Source: Podarcis vaucheri (taxonomy: Eukaryota). From it: 64,000 nucleotides of DNA. The translations under genes and the position numbers were made by a program. The DNA lies in the NCBI GenBank assembly GCA_965113315.1, contig OZ220371.1. One strand, 5' to 3'. This document shows, in pieces, positions 11,677 to 25,014 of this stretch (within the stretch, counting starts at the first letter, position 1; the number at the start of each line of letters is the position of its first letter). The notes beneath the pieces were generated by a model. The model did no database searches. It was not told the origin of the DNA and was given only the letters and a program-made list of their open reading frames with translations.

Positions 11677-14600
11677 TGTGAGGTAGAGACTTAGCAATGA
11701 TACTAGAAGCAGCTGGGCCTTGCTGGATAACTCTTTAAAGGCATGGCACTATTTATTTCAATTAAAAGACACTGCTGCAAAAGCGTGATATGTTAACTGC
11801 CAATTGTCATTTAAAAAGGGGGTGGATGGATTTAAAATAACGTTAGGTGGAAAGCCTCCTCCCTGTTGATAGTGCCTGTATGCCAAGAGACTCAAAGTTA
11901 TTCTATATTAAACAGCAAGAAAACAAACCTGCAACAAAGGGCTTGAGGTGAAAGGTCTACATGTGGAGGGACTCCCGCATCCTGCCGTGATACAGAAAGC
12001 ACAACAATGAAAGATCACGAACCCTGGACATGCAGCCAAAGTTAAAACCTTTCCCAGCCAACCAAGAGAATATTAACCATGTCTATCACACCTAGTGCTA
12101 TTTTTATTTGGTCTCGTATTCTTTCTCTCATATCTGGGGTTAGCCAATATTGAGGGTTTCTATAAAGCGGATACTCGTTGCCAGTTCCTTTTCTCAGGAG
12201 ATGTATATGTGTTTGAGCGGCTATATGGCCCGAATATCTTCAAACATCCCTGTCATGTGGACCTATTCAATTCTGGATTTTGTATTCCTATGTGATTCTA
12301 TTGGCTTATATTCTACAACTGGATGAATTGCCTAAGAACAATTCCCACTTGGGGCATTTCACTGCTATTTTTTTCAGACACTGTGGGCCTGGCTATGACT
12401 CTAGCAGGGCTGTTGCTGAAAAAGGCATGCCACAGTTTTAATAGAAAATGCCAGTTGTGTACAGATGAGCGGGTGTGCTTTAAACAAAAATTGGCCCTTC
12501 CCTAACCATGGCCAATCTTCTGTGAAATTAAGGCATGCTTTAAAAATACATCCCCCAAACAGCTGCAGCACTTTAACATTTCATTATCAAACTGCTATCC
12601 CATTCCCTGTTGCACTTGCTGACAGTGACTCAAAGAAAATTTCAAACACAACATCCATTGACCCTGAGAAACTAGCAAAGGAACTGCAAGCTGCAAAAAC
12701 CCTCCCCCCACAACAGGATCACTTCCTTCTCTTTGTTACTCCTTCCATGTGATTTGGATTGTGGATTTCAATGCAAAGATGACTATTAGCATAGTGAATT
12801 CATGTTGGGAGGGTTCTTGCAGATGCAGAATCAGTCTGAACAGGGGGGTGGGGTGTTCAGAAGAGGGTAGGAATTGCATAAGTTGTCAGCTGAGACGCCA
12901 TAGTAAAGAGTGTGGGAAAATTCCATCTTGATGTCGCTGCTTTGTTAGGAGCAGGAGCAGCATTGCATATTCGACCTCGGTGTTTTTTCACAAGCTTCAC
13001 ACATTTCCCTTCCTTTCCTAAAGTTATGTGTTAAATACTCTGACCCATAAGCTAAGTCAAGAGGATCTTTTAAATTCAAATACCTCTGTCCAGCTGCAGC
13101 AGATTGGAAACACAAGCAAAACTGTAGACCACCTGAAGCAGATTACTGTAATTGCAGCTAAGAGTTGACCATGTCAAAAAAAAAAAAAAAAACTGCTGGT
13201 AGAATAGCTGTAACTTTGGCCAAAATGGGTTTGGTTCTCTACTCCCCATGGCTGTGGAGTTTTATCACAGAAAGCAGCAGAAATAAGCTTTCAAGGTGAG
13301 TGTGTAGTATTCTATTAAAATAAAATAAAATTGTCACGTGTGCTGTATGTTGGCCCACCTGTTTGCTAACACAAGCGCACGTTTAGTTTGTTCTTAAATC
13401 CAGTTGCAGAATACGGCTCTTGTGTTCACCCCATGCTGAGGAAATGGGGAAATTTGCATAGAGATTTCCTCTTCATAGTGAGAACTATTGAAGCTACTCC
13501 TATGTTGCAGGGGAAATATGGGTAAGGAGTGGGAAAGAGCACTAACGTTAGCAGATATACGGTTTATATCACAGTATATGGGTGGATCACAGTATTAAAA
13601 ATACCATATTAAAATAAGTTTAAAACAAATTGCAGTCAATAGGGTGGGTCCTAAAATACGTATTGCTAGTGTCAAAGACCAAAGAGGTATGTCTTCAGCA
13701 TACCTGAAGATGGAAACTGACTACATGATAAAGGTGCCAGACGCACCTCTGTGGGGAGGAAATTTCTGCCACAAATTCCTCTCCTGGATCACCACTACCC
13801 ATGAACTTCTGAGAGCAGTGGAACAACTAAGAGGGCCCCTCTGCTAATCTTAAGACCTAAGAGACTTTGTGGGGAAGGATGAAGTCCATCAGATATTGGG
13901 GTCCTTTTGGGTTTTAAACACTAATGTGAGCATTTTGAATTTGGCCTAGAAGCCAGTGCAGCTGTTTAGAAAGGGGGTAATATGAGTTATAAATGGAAAC
14001 CCAGTCATTAATTTAGCTACTGCATTTTGGACTAGTTGAAGCTTCTGAGTTCTCTGTCCAAAAGGAACCTGTCCAAAATTGATTTGGGCTGAAGGATCTG
14101 GATTTTACTCATTTTACATATAGACTAATCTGTGTGTAGCGAAAATTATAAAATATTATTCAATAAAAAGTATAAATTAAAAAAGGCCATTTTGTGATGG
14201 GAGGGAATGCTTCCATCTCCTATGCTGGGTTTTTTTTTTGGGGGGGGGAATTGCATTCAGACATAATTATGCATAAGTGCTAGTTAGTGCATGAAGGGGT
14301 TAAAATTACAGAGTTGTGTTCCTAGACTCAGTTCAACTCCCCACTTTCTCCAACAAGGGAGAAAGTGAAGCTTTTTCCTCTTGTTCTCCATTCATCTTTT
14401 CCCTGTGCCAGTAACTGATCAAGGAGGACTTGCCTAAGCAACCTCCAAGCTAAGAGCATGCGTTTGAATCTATCTTTCTGTATGTTCTATCCTGTCTGTG
14501 TTCTCCTTGCTGCTGCTTGTATAAACGCATGAATCTGACCTTTGGAATGTTTTTTAAGTAGCAGTGTGTGGTCTGCTCTTTGCAAGAGGGGCAGACTAAG

Positions 14601-15059
14601 TGGGATATGCAAAAGGTTTAACAGCATACATTCCTAATGCTTCACCTTGCTGCTTGACTTCGTGAATTTAAACTCTGCTACTAGGGCTCTCTCCTGCTGA
14701 AAGGTGCATTTAGCTCTGTGTTTTGAATCCAGGCACTCAGCCAATTATTTTATTTATGCCCCCCACGTGTGTCACAGAGATTTCTATTTCTCCCACACAC
14801 AAATTTGAGATTGTAATAATTTTATTATTCTCCCTACAAGGTTACTGCACTGAGATCCAACATGGCTATGTGATCGGTTCATGACATAGCTAATGCAGCA
14901 TGGTTTTAGTTCATTGCATACTCTCATCTGAATCCCAAGAACCAAAATCCACATAAGTGCCCCCCCCCTCCCCTGGAATAACAAAGATTAAATCTAATGC
15001 TTTACCTGGTACAACTTGTTTAGCCAGCTGGCTGTATGCAAATGGGATTAAGATGTCAC

Positions 15060-15210
15060 AGAACAGATTCAGGTTCAATATTAGGAGCAACTTCCTAAAG
15101 CATTAGAGCCCGTGAGCAGTGAGAAAATTTGCATAGGGATGTTGAGGAATTTATTCCTGTGTCGGGCCTTTGAGAAGGGTCTAGATGGTCATCTTTCAGA
15201 AGTGCTGTAC
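15060..15210 (+). mobile_element. Degraded CR1 ORF2 3' fragment
   Basis: Begins RFRFNIRSNFL, similar to the CR1 ORF2 end at 60330-60460. Confidence 0.55.
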
Positions 15211-15509
15211 GTTTTAAGTTTTCTGCTTCAAGGTAACAATGGCCTCTTCCCTCTGTTCCTGCCGCTGACTTGAGGCTCTAAGAAGTGCTTCAAATGTCTT
15301 ACCAGGAGCTGAAACAACATTACAAATGAGTGATGAGAATTCATTCCAGTGCATGCACTATCAAGGCCTTTTAAACAAAATTTATTGTAGCTTTGCTTAC
15401 TCATATGTACAGCACTTGTAAATAACTTTTTTTGCAGCCCCATTTAAGGTTCTGCACTTAAAAAAAAAATGGTGCGAAAATGCTTCACCTACCGCAGGGC
15501 TTGTTTATT

Positions 15510-15690
15510 ATAATTATTATTTTCTATACCACCCTCCATCTGAAGATCACAGGGCGCTTTACAGTATAGAAACATAAAAATACATACCATAATAACAAAC
15601 AAAAACAACAGACCATCCCCAGTTTAAAAGTCCATGGACTGTTTAATTAACCAAGGCCTGAGAGAAGAGGAATTAACCTGGGTGCCCAGG
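15510..15690 (-). mobile_element. Old L2-like LINE 3' end
   Basis: (TAT)n followed by ..accctccatctgaagatcacagggcgctttaca.. stem-loop tail and an AT-rich UTR. Confidence 0.45.
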
Positions 15691-16746
15691 TTTAGGTTTC
15701 TTTTGTGTGTGTTTGATTACAGAATTTCCTCAATGCAGAGGTTGTTAATGATTCTATATAAAGTTGTGGTTTTAAAAAATAATAATAAAAAAAATCTTAA
15801 AAGTTGCAGTATTTTAAAAATATTTGCACGTGCGCTTTATGTTTCCCTTACCAGTCTGATATTTTGGTTTTTCTCTAATTCCGACCCTCCCTTTAACTAT
15901 GTTCAGGACAATTTCCTCCCACTCCCATCCCCTTTATTGTCTCTTTTTTCCATCCTTCTCTAATAAGCCCTGCTGTAACTTATATTTTCTTTATTCAGGT
16001 TGCAAAGGGTTTTTTGCTCCAATGGCTTCTTTCTTCCTTCCAACCAAAAAACAAAACATCACAATAATGCAGTTCTGTAATTTTAAATTCTGAACATAAC
16101 TGTCATCCAGACCACATCTCTAGATAGTAATGTTTATTACTTCATTCATTTCAAAATGTGGTTACGCCAGTGTGGCTGCCTTTTCATATCCTCATTCTCA
16201 TTTTTCTGCCCCAAAGCCAAGCCACCTGATGGTATCAAAGCTGGTACACTTGAGCTTTTAACCTGGAACACCCCATCCTCCAGTTTCAAATATATGATAC
16301 CGACCTTAGCCTTCTAAACTTATGAGGGAAGAGAAGCTGGGGGAAATACCAGACTACCTTATGGAACAGTGTCTAAACTTAAAGCTGCCACTTCATTGCT
16401 TTTCTGCCATCATGCTGAACAATGGTTACTGACCCCAAATAGAGAAACTGGACTTATTGTACAGAAAATGGATAAAGGTTACTAATAAGATATTTCAAGG
16501 GCAGTTATAGGCATGAAAATATTTTCTGCCTGGCCAGAGATTCCGCTGATACAACTTTTCCCATCACTGCATCTTTGATGCAAAAAAGTTGTACTGTATC
16601 AGCTATCAATACATCCCACAAAACATATTGATACACAACACCCCAATCTCCACTGAGTGGATGCACAAGATTCCAGACACTCACCCAGTTGGGCAAACAA
16701 GGCACAGCAGAGACTAGTGACTTTAAGAAATATGGTTTATCTACAC

Positions 16747-16882
16747 CAGGCACCCCCAACCTTCAGCCCTCCAGATGTTTTGGACTACAATTCCCATCAT
16801 CCCTGACTACTGGTCCTGTTAGCTAGGAATCGTGGGAGTTGTAGGCCAAAACATCTGGAGGGCCGCAGGTTGGGGATGCCTG
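16747..16882. mobile_element. hAT-type palindromic MITE
   Basis: TIRs CAGGCACCCCCAACCT / AGGTTGGGGATGCCTG; near-palindromic body; 8-bp TSD atctacac/atccagac. Confidence 0.8.
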
Positions 16883-17334
16883 ATCCAGACGTATTTACAC
16901 TTGGATCTACTGTGGAGGGAGTTCAGAACATTACATCTCAAAATGCCATCTAGATCCAGTGACTGTTCATTTTTAAATTTGCCATTAAGAGCTAGAACTT
17001 AGGGTTTTGTCCCCACTTTTCACCTCAGTTCTTCAGGCCGCCTTCCTGAAAAGCTTAGTTCAGCCACAAAGATCTGCCCTATATTTCCTGCTGTGAACAA
17101 AGAGACAAAGACTTCATTCAGCTTCTCTGCAATCTCCTTTTCCTTCACTTGCACACCTTTGACTTCTTTGTTGTTCAAAGATCTTATTGCCTTCCTGTTT
17201 CCCTACTTGTTATTGTTATATATATATATATATATAAAAATTATGGGACCTAATATTTTAAGTGATGGGGCGCATATGTGTGTGTGTGATCTCTTATTAT
17301 CTGGTTGCATATATTTTGTCTGAGTTTGTGTCCC

Positions 17335-17565
17335 TCTTTGTTCCCCGCATTTGGACAAGGCTCCCATTTTCTAAAGAAAGCCTTCTTTCCCCTCATAACT
17401 TATTTGACTCTGCTCCTTAACCTTGCTGGCATCCTCTTGGCCCTGGGGGTACCTTTCCTAATTTGTGGCATAAATTCTAGATGAGCTGCTATTATTGAAG
17501 TTTTGAATAATTCCCAAGCATTCTGGAAAGATTTTACCCTCTTGATTTGCCTTTTCAACTCCTTT
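17335..17565 (-). mobile_element. CR1 ORF2 internal fragment (degraded)
   Basis: Minus translation ..IKRVKSFQNAWELFKTSIIAAHLEFMPQIRKGTPRAKRMPARL..GKKAFFRKW, with an internal stop. Confidence 0.6.
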
Positions 17566-18639
17566 TTTTAAAACAAAAAACAAAAAACAACAACCAATCC
17601 CCTCGTGGTGAGGAAGCTTCCTCATCTGAGCACCAGAGATGAGGAACCACCAGCTACTGAAGCCATCCTACTTTGTCTGGCTTCACCCCTGGCTCCTCCC
17701 AGCATCCCTGCATCACACACACATCATGCATATGTCATAACTTCCCTGCCCCCCAATCTTCTGCTCAGGGTGGCACCTCTGAACCTAGCAAAAACTGTGA
17801 GGGAAGGTGCAAAGCAGGGTTGGTGGGGGAGAGACCTGGAGGGCTGCATTTGATTGGCTCTTGAGCCTGAGGTGCCTCATCCCTGACATGTATTGCAGGG
17901 AGGTATTATAAAAGACACTGCTGGGAAAACAAGTTAACGGCTGCGGGGGGGGGGGAGTAGTAAAAGAAGCAAGAAAATAGGAAACCTCCATATGACCATA
18001 TGAGGAGGAGTGGTTACAAAATGTTATTAGATAATATAATCATACAATGTGCCAGGAGAGGAGAACATAAATTGACAAGGGATTTTTGTGCCAGAGCGCT
18101 GAATGCCTGGGGTGACCATTATGCAACACCATGGGTTCTGTGAGCTAAAAATCTTTTAAATAAAATCATGTAAGTAATAACATAAAGAGAAAAGTGGCTG
18201 CCTGTCTTTTCCACCCTCTGCAGCTGCTATTAGGGAAGGAGTTATAATGGTAAAAGAGAAGGAGGGGTCTCCCCAGGCTGCAGTTCCCGTCCAGTTGGAT
18301 GTCGGCCACTCCTTTCATGGTTGCTTTTAATTATAAAAAAGGAGAAAGGTCTGGTGATGGATCTCCCCCATCTCGTGTAATCTGGCTCTTCTTAGCTGAA
18401 CATCTTAGCAAATCAGGGATTCCTCATCCAGCCTTAAGGTTATTCACCTACAAGACCATGAGGAGATCCTGCAGGATCAGGCCAAAGGCTTAGCTAGTCC
18501 AGCATCCTCTTCTCCAGTGACCAACCAGCTGCCTATGGGAAGCCCATCGTCAGGACTGGGATGCAACTGCACTCTCTCCACTTCTGATGCCCAGCAACCA
18601 ACATTCAGAGGCATATTGCTTCTGCTGATAGATTGCATT

Positions 18640-18970
18640 TGTATTCCACCTTTTCCTCTAAAGAGCTGAAGGTGATGCACTGATGCTCTGCTCCCTCCTT
18701 GAACCCTGCAGTAGACAAGGCTGTGAGACAGTGATGGAGCCAAGGTCACGCAGTGAGCTTCATGGATTTGAACCCTGGCCTCCCAGATCCAAGTCCAACA
18801 CTCTAAACCCAGTATTTCCCAAACTTGGGTCTCCAGCTGTTTCTGGACTACAGTTCCCATCGTCCCTGACCACTGCTCCTGCTAACTAGGGGTGGTGAGA
18901 GTTGTAATCCAAAAACAGCTGGAGACCAAGTTTGGGGAACACTGCTCTAACCACTGCACCACACTGACTC
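18640..18970 (-). mobile_element. tRNA/CORE-type SINE interrupted by a MITE
   Basis: Reverse-strand A/B-box head (ccactgcaccacact; gatttgaaccctgg) and CORE-like caaggtcacgcagtgag. Confidence 0.6.
18810..18944. mobile_element. hAT MITE nested in the SINE
   Basis: TIRs CAGTATTTCCCAAACTT / AAGTTTGGGGAACACTG; ctctaa(a)cc duplicated on both sides. Confidence 0.75.
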
Positions 18971-19366
18971 CCTATGGAAATAGAGCAAAGCCATGCATTG
19001 ATTGCCTTATTTTCCATTAATTTGTAGAACCCTCTTTTAAAGCCATTCAAGTTGGCGTACATCACACCTTACTCCATTCCTGAACAGATCTTTGCAACAG
19101 CTCCTGAATGCAAGTAGCTTTTGCTTCCTGATATGATTGGCCATGAAACTTGCAGGATGATCTGGACTAGCCAGCTTATTGTCTCCCACATTCCTTCACC
19201 TCCCTTGCTCTACTCTTACAGAGTAGGTGTGGTGACCCAAGACGGACATATGTTGCATCAACAGTGCGAGAGTACATGTATTCAGTGTTCAAAGATTCAC
19301 TTTAAAGGGCACTTTTGCTGCTTGCATGGCCTAATGGGTTTGCTGCATTAGAACCATGGGTAAAAG

Positions 19367-19400
<34 letters not shown>

Positions 19401-19412
19401 ATATAAATATAA

Positions 19413-19750
19413 GTGGGTGGCGCTGTGGTCTAAACCACTGAGCCTTGGGTTGGCTGTTCGAATCCCTCTGTGTGATGGGGTTAATTCTTGTTGCTCAGTC
19501 CCAGCTCCTGCCAACCTAGCAGTTCGAAAGCACGCCCCCCCCCAAAAAAAAAGTGCAAGTAGATTAATAGGTACCACTCCGATGAGAAGGTAAATGGATC
19601 TGGTGTCGGTGTTCCGTTGTGCTGGACACATGACCCGGATCAACTGTCTGCGGACAAACATCGGCTCCCTCAGCTTTAAAGCGATATAAACGCTGCAACC
19701 CCAGAGTAGTTCACGACTGGACTTAACTGTCAGGGGTCCCTTTACCTTTA
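19413..19750 (+). mobile_element. Sauria SINE
   Basis: GGGTGGCGCTGTGGTCTAAACCACTGAGCC head; CCTGCCAACCTAGCAGTTCGAAAGC..AAGTGCAAGTAGAT.AATAGGTACC core; CCTTTACCTTTA tail. Confidence 0.88.
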
Positions 19751-20629
19751 AGGAAGAGTATGGATTTCCCTACCCCTGCATAATATTGCCTGCAGCAAGG
19801 TTATTTCCTTCCATCTTCAGGTGCTCAAAGGCTAATTAGCACATGAGGCTGGTGTCAATCTGTCCACTTAGGCACAATGCATGCATCTTACATCTCACCT
19901 GCTCTGGGAGTTTCTCAAGCAATCCACATATCCCTTCAAGCAGCTATCCATAGTATGTGGTTGTCGAATCTTGCAAACAGTACCATTAAAAAAAATGTCA
20001 TCTGATTCCAACCAATACAGCAGAATCTGGAATAAGTGGAACATAACAGCTGTCCGATTGGGATCCTGAGATGTGGCTGTTTATCATTCTAGATAGCTAA
20101 GTCCTCTATTTCTCTCCCCCCCCCTTTCTCTGCAGAGAGCAAACATGCTCTGTACACACTCTCACTATCCTTCTGACTTTGTCTTTTTGACATTATGGGG
20201 AATTATTTTTCTCTCTTCAGAAGTCACAGCCGGGAGTTCTATAATTAGTAGGTATTGACCAAAGCATTAATGCATAGCTTTGTTTTTTAAATGAGCAAGC
20301 TTTGATTTTCCCTTCCCCTCATTAAGAATGTGGTTAACACACGTAGCCTTGAGCTATCCTGATCAATCTCGAGTGAAAGGACTTGGAAGGCCATCAGTTA
20401 TGAACTGTAATTTCTCAGCACTGTTCCCCCCACTTTGAATCAATCTTGCTCTCTGATGTCTATATTATAAGCATGAAGTAGTTTAATTGTTCTGCTCCCT
20501 GGAATCTTGGGAGCTTGCCTTTTTGTGAATGAAATGAATCGAAGGACCTCAGCACACACACATTGCTGCAAGGCTGAGAGTTCCTTGTAGTGATAGTAAT
20601 GGATAAGTCCCTTTATCTTTATTACATAA

Positions 20630-20935
20630 TCAATTGATAGAATTCACTGCCACAGGGTGTGGTACAAAGCTTGAAAAAGCGATAGACAAAAAATTCATGG
20701 AGGATAAATGTGTCAATGGCTGCTTGGCCATGATGGCCACACTGTGTTCAGATGTCATTGAATGTCAATTACTTGGGTTGGGGGGGGGCACAACAGTGAG
20801 AGAGGCCAGTTGCCTTCATGCTCTGTTTGTGAGATTCCTGGACGCACCTGGTTGGAAATTGCAGGAAGCAGGGTGCCAGCCTAGAAGATGAATCTTTGGC
20901 TGTATCCAATGGGGCTTTCCCGATGCCCTTCTATG
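20630..20935 (+). mobile_element. Old CR1/L3-type 3' end
   Basis: Degenerate ORF2 end (LEKAIDKKFMEDK) and a 3'UTR similar to those at 24410-24905 and 56240-56710. Confidence 0.5.
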
Positions 20936-21635
20936 TGGAGAATGTGCCTGAAGTCAATCTCTATTTGTTACTTCTTCAAGGATGCCCTTGTTTTGTAGGT
21001 GAAGGCAGCTTCACAATTTATCTTCAACACCTCTCTGGAGCAGCTGACGTGGCACTAATTAGGACTTCCGCTGCAATCGTGCCTTAGACGAGGTGCCATG
21101 GTGCAATTTCCAACTGTGGTCATTTGCCAGTGTTTCCTCCATCCAAAGTGATGGGCTCACCAAAGCTGGGAGGTTCGGAGTAGGTTGGTGAGGAGGCAGG
21201 AGTGGGGCACTTTGCTAATTGCTGTTTGTGGGTGCTCTGGGTGCTCTGGTAAACACCACTGTGCCCCAGCCCGTTTCACTGCCAACCTGATCTTCAATCC
21301 ATTTGTTTACTCAACAGTGGGGTGAGTAATAGGGTGGTTTGCTTCGCCAGAGCCACACCAGGCAGATTCAGAGTGACTCACCGCAGCTTGAGAAGACTTG
21401 CATTGCTTCCTGGGCTACCAGAAAGATGCAATAATTATCACTTGGTGATGGAACATGTGCGGGATCACATGTAGAGCTGGGTGAGCAGCCAGGCAAAGCG
21501 CTATTCCAGAAGGAAATGCTGCACGTAAGGCACCAGGAATGCATTAATCATAGGGACAAAAGTCAAGTTGGGACACTTTCCCTCGCAGTCAAGCCTCAAG
21601 ATGCTCAAAGAGACACCTGAGACTCCAGCACTGGG

Positions 21636-21772
21636 TCAGGGGACCTGCAGCCCTCCAGATGCTTGGGACTTCAACCCGCAACAGCAACAGCTCCAGCCAG
21701 TGGCCCCAGAGTTCAGGGATGATGGGAGTTGTATTCCAGCAATATCTGGAGGGCCATAGGTTCCCCACCCTA
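21636..21772. mobile_element. hAT-type MITE (degenerate)
   Basis: ccctccagat..ggactTcaac / ggagttgta..atctggagggcc inverted arms. Confidence 0.55.
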
Positions 21773-21906
21773 CCACAGTGGGCTTTCAATAGTGGGAAAG
21801 CTGGAGTGCAATAGACAGGAATGTCCATGAATGAAACACTTCACTCACATCCGCTGTAAAATGCAGAGGTCATGGCACTCCAGCACTTGCAATCCACCGT
21901 ATGGCA

Positions 21907-22033
21907 CTGTGTTTCTCCAGCTGTTTTTGGACAACAGTTCCCATCATCCCTGACCGCTGGTCCTGCAAGCTAGGGATGATAGGAGTTGTAGTAGTCCAAA
22001 AAACAGCTGGAGACCCAAGTCTGGGAAACACTG
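21907..22033. mobile_element. hAT MITE, same family as 18810 and 32975
   Basis: ctccagctgtttttggac / gtccaaaaaacagctggag arms; 8-bp TSD gtatggca/gtatggaa. Confidence 0.75.
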
Positions 22034-22113
22034 GTATGGAAGGTCATGACTTTGAGAATTAGTACAATGGGCAGGCCTTGAATGTGTGATGTGTAGTGAC
22101 TGATTTATATGTA

Positions 22114-22339
22114 CAGTGGTACCTCAGGTTACATACGCTTCAGGTTACAGACTCTGCTAACCCAGAAATAGTGCTTCAGGTTAAGAACTTTGCTTCAGGA
22201 TGAGAACAGAAATCGTGCTCCTGCTGTGCGGTGGCAGCAGGAGGCCCCATTAGCTAAAGTGGTGCTTCAGGTTAAGAACATTTTCAGGTTAAGAATGGAG
22301 CTCCGGAACAAATTAAGTACTTAACCCAAGGTACCACTG
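22114..22339 (+). mobile_element. Tigger-like MITE, copy A
   Basis: TIRs CAGTGGTACCTCAGGTTA / TAACCCAAGGTACCACTG; TA TSD; internal CTTCAGGTTAAG repeats. Confidence 0.88.
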
Positions 22340-23191
22340 TATACAAGAAGGGCAGCTTTACACTTATCTGACATTTCCAGTATTATTATTTGGGGTGGGG
22401 GAATGGATAGAGTTTCCACCTTTATGCTAACTGCTGGATGCAACAACTCAGAAAAGGTTTGATTTTGAAAACACACAGGCGAATCCACATAATTCCATAA
22501 TATGTGTGTGAGCTTGCGTGTGTGTTAAATATGTGAACATGGGTGAGGGGATTATTTGCTTGTTAACATTTGGATTTGGCAATCGTGGAGAAGTGGTTTC
22601 CTAGCCACGGCTGTATTAATTTATATAATGCAACTGACTGACTTCCTAATCGGTCCGTGCTTTACCCAGCCAATGAAGCTGCAAGTGATGTCATGCTTGT
22701 AACTTGATATCCTTGCTGGAGCGCCTGTGTTTGCAAATTGGGATTAGCTCAGTGCCACTAGGAGAGAAATCCTCCCACTTTGTTCATCTGATTTGCAGGC
22801 AATGTTTATTCCTCCAAGGGCCACCAAACCCTGTCCCTAGACGCTGCCCTTAAGGCTTCTGAGACTGGCAGCAGCTGTTGCCCCAGCTGCAGGCTCCTGG
22901 CTCCACTGTTTCAGCGTTGCCGTGTCTGAAAAACTTGCTAGTCTTGCCTTCACACTCTTCTCTTCCTTTTTATAGCTGAGCACGAAGAAGAAGCCTTCCA
23001 GAAAGTGTGACTGTTCAATCTCATTGTTGCAGAGGTGGAACAATCTCACTTCCATCACTAAATAAGGAACAAATAGCACAAGGTGAAAGAATTTGCTTCT
23101 GTTCTTTTCCATGGTCTGTAATGTAATATATATAGAGAGCAAAAAATACGGGGTGTGTGTGTGTACACACACACACACACACACACACACA

Positions 23192-23432
23192 CCGTATTTT
23201 TTGCTCTATAAGACTCACTTTTTCCCTCCTAAAAAGTAAGGGGAAATGTGTGTGTGTCTTATGGAGTGAATGCAGGCTGCGCAGCTATCCCAGAAGCCAG
23301 AACAGCAAGAGGGATTGCTGCTTTCACTTGCTGTTCTGGCTTCTGAGATTCAGAATATTTTTTTTCTTGTTTTCTTCCTCCAAAAACTAGGTGCGTCTTG
23401 TGGTCTGGTGCATCTTATAGAGTGAAAAATAC

Positions 23433-23434
<2 letters not shown>
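23192..23434. mobile_element. pogo-like MITE with CCGTATTT TIRs
   Basis: CCGTATTTTTTGCTCTATAAGA / TCTTATAGAGTGAAAAATACGG; internal hairpin agaagccagaacagcaag/cttgctgttctggcttct. Confidence 0.82.
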
Positions 23435-23474
<40 letters not shown>

Positions 23475-24409
23475 AGAATAAAATGGGTGTCCCATTTATG
23501 GCAGGATTGGGATTGGGGACAATGGTACGAGTGGGTTTACACTGCAGGATCTTTGTGCTCCTACTATTAACTGTAACAAAAAGAAGTGGAAGATATGATG
23601 TACACAAGCTCTAGTTTGCAGTGCAGAATGATGCAGAGCTGGGATACCATGCATAAATCTCCCTGGTCTCATGTCTTTTGAAAGGCATCCAAATAATGGA
23701 CCATGATAGGAGTTTTCCTCCCCCATCGGGGTCCCCCTCATGGTGTTAGGCTTAACCTTCACTAAATCAAGAGGCAAGGTCCTGGAAGCAAGGCCAGGTG
23801 AGTTGCAGGCAGCAGGCATCAATAGAGCGGGGTGGGGCAGATCAAGGCAGAGGTGAAGACCAAGAAGAATCATTGAATTGTAGAGTTGGAAGGGACCACA
23901 AGAACCATCTAGTCCACCCCCTGAATTGTAGGGATCTTCCATGCAACGTGAGGCTCGAAACCCATGACCCTGAGTTTAAGAATCTCATGCTCTACGGAGT
24001 CCTGTTATTGCTCAAAATGGAGAGGAAGACTGGCCAGGAAGTTTTTGTAGGAGTCAAGGAGACTCTTCTGTCATGTCTGGCTCTTTGGGTTTGTAGTTCC
24101 CTGCTTGGCCAGAACTTGGCAGTTGCACATAGGCTGAATTTTTGTTCTATGCATCTTCCAAGTCCTATATTTAGCGGGCTTGAGTCCTCCTAGCAACAGG
24201 TTGTTGTGGCCGTGCACAGGATGAAAACTATCATCAGCCAGCAATATTGTTTAGGGCAATTGTATTTGGAAAACAAGTTTGATATAGTTTTGAGGAGCAC
24301 AACACTATGTGTGGAAAAGATAAATAGCAGTTAAGTGCACTGTGACTTCCTCATTACACTATATTAAACCATGTGGTCTAGTCGGAATGTGCTGGGCAAC
24401 CAAAGGATG

Positions 24410-24908
24410 GAGCAACAGCCCTGTAAGGAAAGGTTGTAGCATTTGGGACTTTTTAGTTTTGACAAAAGGTGAGTAAGACATCGTAGGAGTTTGTGAAGTT
24501 ATGCATGGCATGGAGATAGAACCAAGTTTTTGTCCTGCTGTCATAACACTAGAATGGGTGGACCTCCAGTGAGGCTGAATGTTGGAAGATTCAGGATGCA
24601 TAAAAGAAGGCACATAGCGCATAGAAGCAATGATGGCCACCAGTTTTGATGGTTGAAAAGAGGATTAGACAAGCTCATGCAAGATATGGCTGTCAGTGGC
24701 TTCTAGCGATAATGGCTATGCTCTGCCTACATGGTCAGAGACTGAATACCTCTGAATCCCCCTTGCTGGAAACTGCAGGAGAGAAGAGTGCTCTTCTGCT
24801 CAGGTCCTGCTTGCAGGTTTCCCACAGGCATCTGGCTGGTCACCATGGGGGCAGGACATCAGACTAGATGGACTATTGGCCTGATCTGGCCGGCTCTTCT
24901 GATGTTCG
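24410..24908 (+). mobile_element. CR1/L3-type LINE 3' fragment (degraded)
   Basis: Degenerate LGLFSLTK.. ORF2 end; 3'UTR ending in agactagatggactattggcctgatc. Confidence 0.65.
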
Positions 24909-25014
24909 GGAATAGACCCAAATTGATTGAAATCCTTGGGAAATGTTTCCCATGACTAACTTACTGAAACTGATGGAACTTAAGCACAACTAAACTGCTC
25001 TGAGGTTTACAGTA

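Noticed and set aside
23575-23610. agaagtggaagatat (RSGRY), resembling the TRIM2 long-isoform N-terminus
   Set aside because: There is no in-frame ATG-CAC start and no splice donor after it. No TRIM2 coding exon was recognised in the window.
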